A DNA stretch of 63,798 nt, filler included, from Collodictyon triciliatum (Eukaryota), in assembly GCA_043381765.1 (NCBI GenBank). It is 5 parts of 5 records of this genome, joined end to end, with 100 filler letters (N's around TTAATTAATTAA, not from the genome) between each part and the next. Parts side by side here need not be neighbours in the genome. Positions count along the whole stretch, not along the records: positions 53,311 to 61,418 come from JBHJMP010000039.1; positions 61,519 to 63,798 come from JBHJMP010000092.1; 3 more parts are not named here. One strand, 5' to 3'. The position numbers and the translations under genes are program-made. The notes below the pieces were generated by a model. It made no database searches, was not told the DNA's origin, and saw nothing but the letters and a program-made list of their open reading frames with translations. Every line of letters begins with the position of its first letter. Position 1 is the first letter of the stretch. Below are positions 59,229-63,798 of this stretch, piece by piece.

Positions 59229-59867
59229 TAGATTCTATTATTTCGATATACTGGTTTAATTCATCCTCAANNNNNNNNNNNNNNNNNNNNNNNNNNNNNN
59301 NNNNNNNNNNNNNNNNNNNNNNNNNNNNNNNNNNNNNNNNNNNNNNNNNNNNNNNNNNNNNNNNNNNNNNNNNNNNNNNNNNNNNNNNNNNNNNNNNNNN
59401 NNNNNNNNNNNNNNNNNNNNNNNNNNNNNNNNNNNNNNNNNNNNNNNNNNNNNNNNNNNNNNNNNNNNNNNNNNNNNNNNNNNNNNNNNNNNNNNNNNNN
59501 NNNNNNNNNNNNNNNNNNNNNNNNNNNNNNNNNNNNNNNNNNNNNNNNNNNNNNNNNNNNNNNNNNNNNNNNNNNNNNNNNNNNNNNNNNNNNNNNNNNN
59601 NNNNNNNNNNNNNNNNNNNNNNNNNNNNNNNNNNNNNNNNNNNNNNNNNNNNNNNNNNNNNNCGGTTTTAGTTTTTTTTTTTTTTTATATACACAATAAA
59701 GTATAGAAAAAGTGACAAAGAGGAAAATGAAACTGCCTAAAATTTTAACTGAATTTATAGTATAGACTATGGACTAGATAAAGAAAAAGAATCAAGATAT
59801 GCCAAAAGAAAAATCCTCGTTTTTTGTGTTAAGTTATGTCGGCGTTATATATGTGTAGTATAATCAC

Positions 59868-61282
<1,415 letters not shown>

Positions 61283-61321
61283 ATGAAGTACATACCCATG
61301 GGGAAACCCAATTTAATTGGC

Positions 61322-61418
<97 letters not shown>

Positions 61419-61518
61419 NNNNNNNNNNNNNNNNNNNNNNNNNNNNNNNNNNNNNNNNNNNNTTAATTAATTAANNNNNNNNNNNNNNNNNNNNNNNNNN
61501 NNNNNNNNNNNNNNNNNN
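61419..61518. other. Artificial scaffold-concatenation linker
   Basis: 44 N + TTAATTAATTAA (61463-61474) + 44 N. Confidence 0.97.
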
Positions 61519-63098
61519 TACATGTGCCTAGATTCCATACTTCATCTCCACCTATATGCAACCCGTCGATATACCCTTGATGGAGCGAGATGAACTATTC
61601 AAGGGTTGACATATGTTAATGGCGCAACGAATGTAAATATAATGTATAATCTCATGGATTCTAACATCAAATGCAGGCTTTCATAGTTAAATAAATAAAA
61701 GTAGAGAAAACCAATACGAATCAAACAGTCGAAGTAAGACCTCGTCCATCAATTCCTTGATAACGCGAGCAGAGTCTGAGTGTAGTGGGCACAGAGCGCA
61801 CGTGTTGTTTACTTGTTCTCTCAACTCTGCAAATTCAGAATGCTTCAAAACATATTCGAGGTGTCCAAACGTCTGAACAAGTGGTATAATCTATCCCAAC
61901 ATGACCGAAAACAGTAACACAGTTAACAGATATTCACAGCAATCATGCAGGGAATACAGATAAATGCGAATTTTTTGAGCGGAAGAAAACAATTCCATAT
62001 CATGAATGAAAACCTGTAGGTGACATAGCCGAGCTGACTCTAGAATATCAAGAATCTCATCTTCATTATATGCTGTCCTGCTCCGGAGAATTTCAAACTG
62101 CCCGCGGTAAGGAAGCATATCTTCCCATTCAAGGAGCAAACCTGTTGCTCCCCAGTTTTTGAGCCATGTAAAAAGGGACTTCAGGAAATCAACCTATCGA
62201 ATAAATGCACCCATACGGCAGCACAGTCGGAATAAAATTAATAAATCAATAATTAAAATAAGCGTGTGTGTCCCATACGTAAAATAATATGTTGATCTCC
62301 AACAATCCGAGAATTGGTTTTAGGGCCTTATTTGGTAGATTATTCGTGTATTTCATAGTCAATCTTAAGTATATTTCCCACCTTGGGCGGGGCTCCTTTG
62401 AAATCGATGTGGACCAGAATGTCTATTGGGGTGGCTGCGGCGTATCTGACTGGTGCGGTGCGAATGGTGCGCATTGTGAAAGAGTTTGAACGGCGTTGTT
62501 CGGGAGACGGCTGAGACTGGAAAGAGCCAGAAGACGATGAAATCGAATTGGAGAAGCTTGGACTCGGTGGCATCACATAGACGATATTGTGTGGTGGGGT
62601 AGAACTATAATATTTTTGAATCAATCAATAAATAAATAAATAAATAATGATAATGATAATGATAATGATAATGATAATGATAATGATAATGATAATGATA
62701 ATGATAATGATAATGATAATGATAATGATAATGATAATNNNNNNNNNNNNNNNNNNNNNNNNNNNNNNNNNNNNNNNNNNNNNNNNNNNNNNNNNNNNNN
62801 NNNNNNNNNNNNNNNNNNNNNNNNNNNNNNNNNNNNNNCTTTTTGTATGTCTTTTTGTATGTCTTTTTGTATGTCTTTTTGTATGTCTTTTTGTATGTCT
62901 TTTTGTATGTCTTTTTGTGTGTCTTTTTGTGTGTCTTTTTTTATGTGTCTTTTTTTGTGTGTCTTTTTGTGTGTCTTTTTGTGTGTCTTTTTGTGTGTCT
63001 TTTTGTGTGTCTTTTTGTGTGTCTTTTTGTGTGTCTTTTTGTGTGTCTTTTTGTGTCTTTGGCAAAGTTGATGTGAAGAATAATGCTTACCTAAACAT
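61519..63098 (-). CDS. HEXD: Hexosaminidase D-like glycoside hydrolase (GH20); 3'-truncated
   Basis: LVHIDFKGAPPK/VDFL...GATGLLLEWEDMLPY...L/IIPLVQTFGHLEYVLKH...LHIGGDEVWNLG. The start is uncertain (ATG 63098 via a donor near 63090, or an ATG near 62574). Confidence 0.9.
62646..63060. repeat. (ATGATA)n and 12-bp (CTTTTTGTRTGT)n arrays around an N gap
   Basis: Direct inspection; lies in the probable first HEXD intron. Confidence 0.9.
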
Positions 63099-63798
63099 GA
63101 CTTTCTTATTTTTTTTTCTTCGAAAAAGTAGCTCCGGGCTTTAGCGAGGATCTGGTCTTCTGCTCAGTAGGGTACAGCCGGGTGTTTTTTTCGGGCTTCG
63201 GTCTTTGCGTCGTTTCGATTCGGGCACGGACATTATTTTATTTGTTTTTGGGATTCGGTCGGCCTTCGCACTTTATACGCGAAAAACAGATGATCCATTT
63301 AAGGGCATCAACCTAACCTTACCATATCATATCATATCATATCATATCATATCATATCATATCATATCATATCATATCATATCATATCATATCATATCAT
63401 ATCATATCATATCATTTGGAATATTATTTCAATTCAACAGTTTATTGAGAGAAAACAAAGCCGAGGAAACTGCCTTCGCCTCTAGGACAAGAAATGAGCT
63501 GTGGACGAGACAGTGGAAAACCCCGGATTGTGTGGTTGGAGGTTTTGTGTTTTGGGTGGAAAGAAAAAAAAGAAGAAAAAGAAAAAGAAAAAGAAAATAG
63601 AAAATAGAAAGGAGAGAAAGTGTTCTCACACGTAGACTATTCTACCCAAAGTGATTCAGCTCCAACGCGATTTCTGGTTGTATTCGAGACTGACAGAAGA
63701 GCGGATAAAGTTGTCGGGTCGATGAAAGTACGCACATGGCAGTTACTTCTCAAAACGACCCCGACGAGTCCATTCAACCATCTATCTCAGACAAGATT

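Noticed and set aside
63430-63798. F-box-like peptide (FIDPTTLSALLSVS...SLW) on the minus strand at the window end
   Set aside because: Too short, bounded by stops, and no in-frame downstream exon could be established.

Overview
This is eukaryotic nuclear DNA: AT-rich, intron-dense, with microsatellite-filled introns, so the ORF track is mostly exon fragments and repeat artefacts. An RSPH1-type radial-spoke gene and an intact mitochondrial cytochrome c suggest an aerobic, flagellated microbial eukaryote; I cannot name the taxon. The window is five separate scaffolds joined by artificial 100-nt linkers (44N-TTAATTAATTAA-44N), so adjacency across those points means nothing. Hand-spliced genes, in order: pseudokinase/SAM with a decayed LRR region upstream, UBAC2-like rhomboid/UBA, R1R2R3-MYB, MEF2-type MADS box, tandem RyR-repeat protein, VAC14, cytochrome c, AMPK gamma, TBCE, TRIM-NHL, tRNA-Val(CAC), ERCC1-fold HhH2 protein (SPO16/PTD/FAAP24-like), ARF GTPase, RSPH1-like, M28 aminopeptidase, CAMK kinase-DIL fusion, COG6, RNF32-like and HEXD-like. 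I found no CRISPR array, prophage or intact transposon, and no multi-gene novel system. The best leads are the kinase-Dilute fusion, the RyR-repeat protein, a full TRIM-NHL architecture in a probable non-animal, a candidate meiotic ZMM gene, a MADS gene with no in-frame ATG, relaxed splice signals (frequent AAG acceptors and GTT donors, one GC-AG intron) and a GC-rich island crossing two convergent genes. Exon boundaries were read by eye and protein calls come from motif recognition, not database searches.
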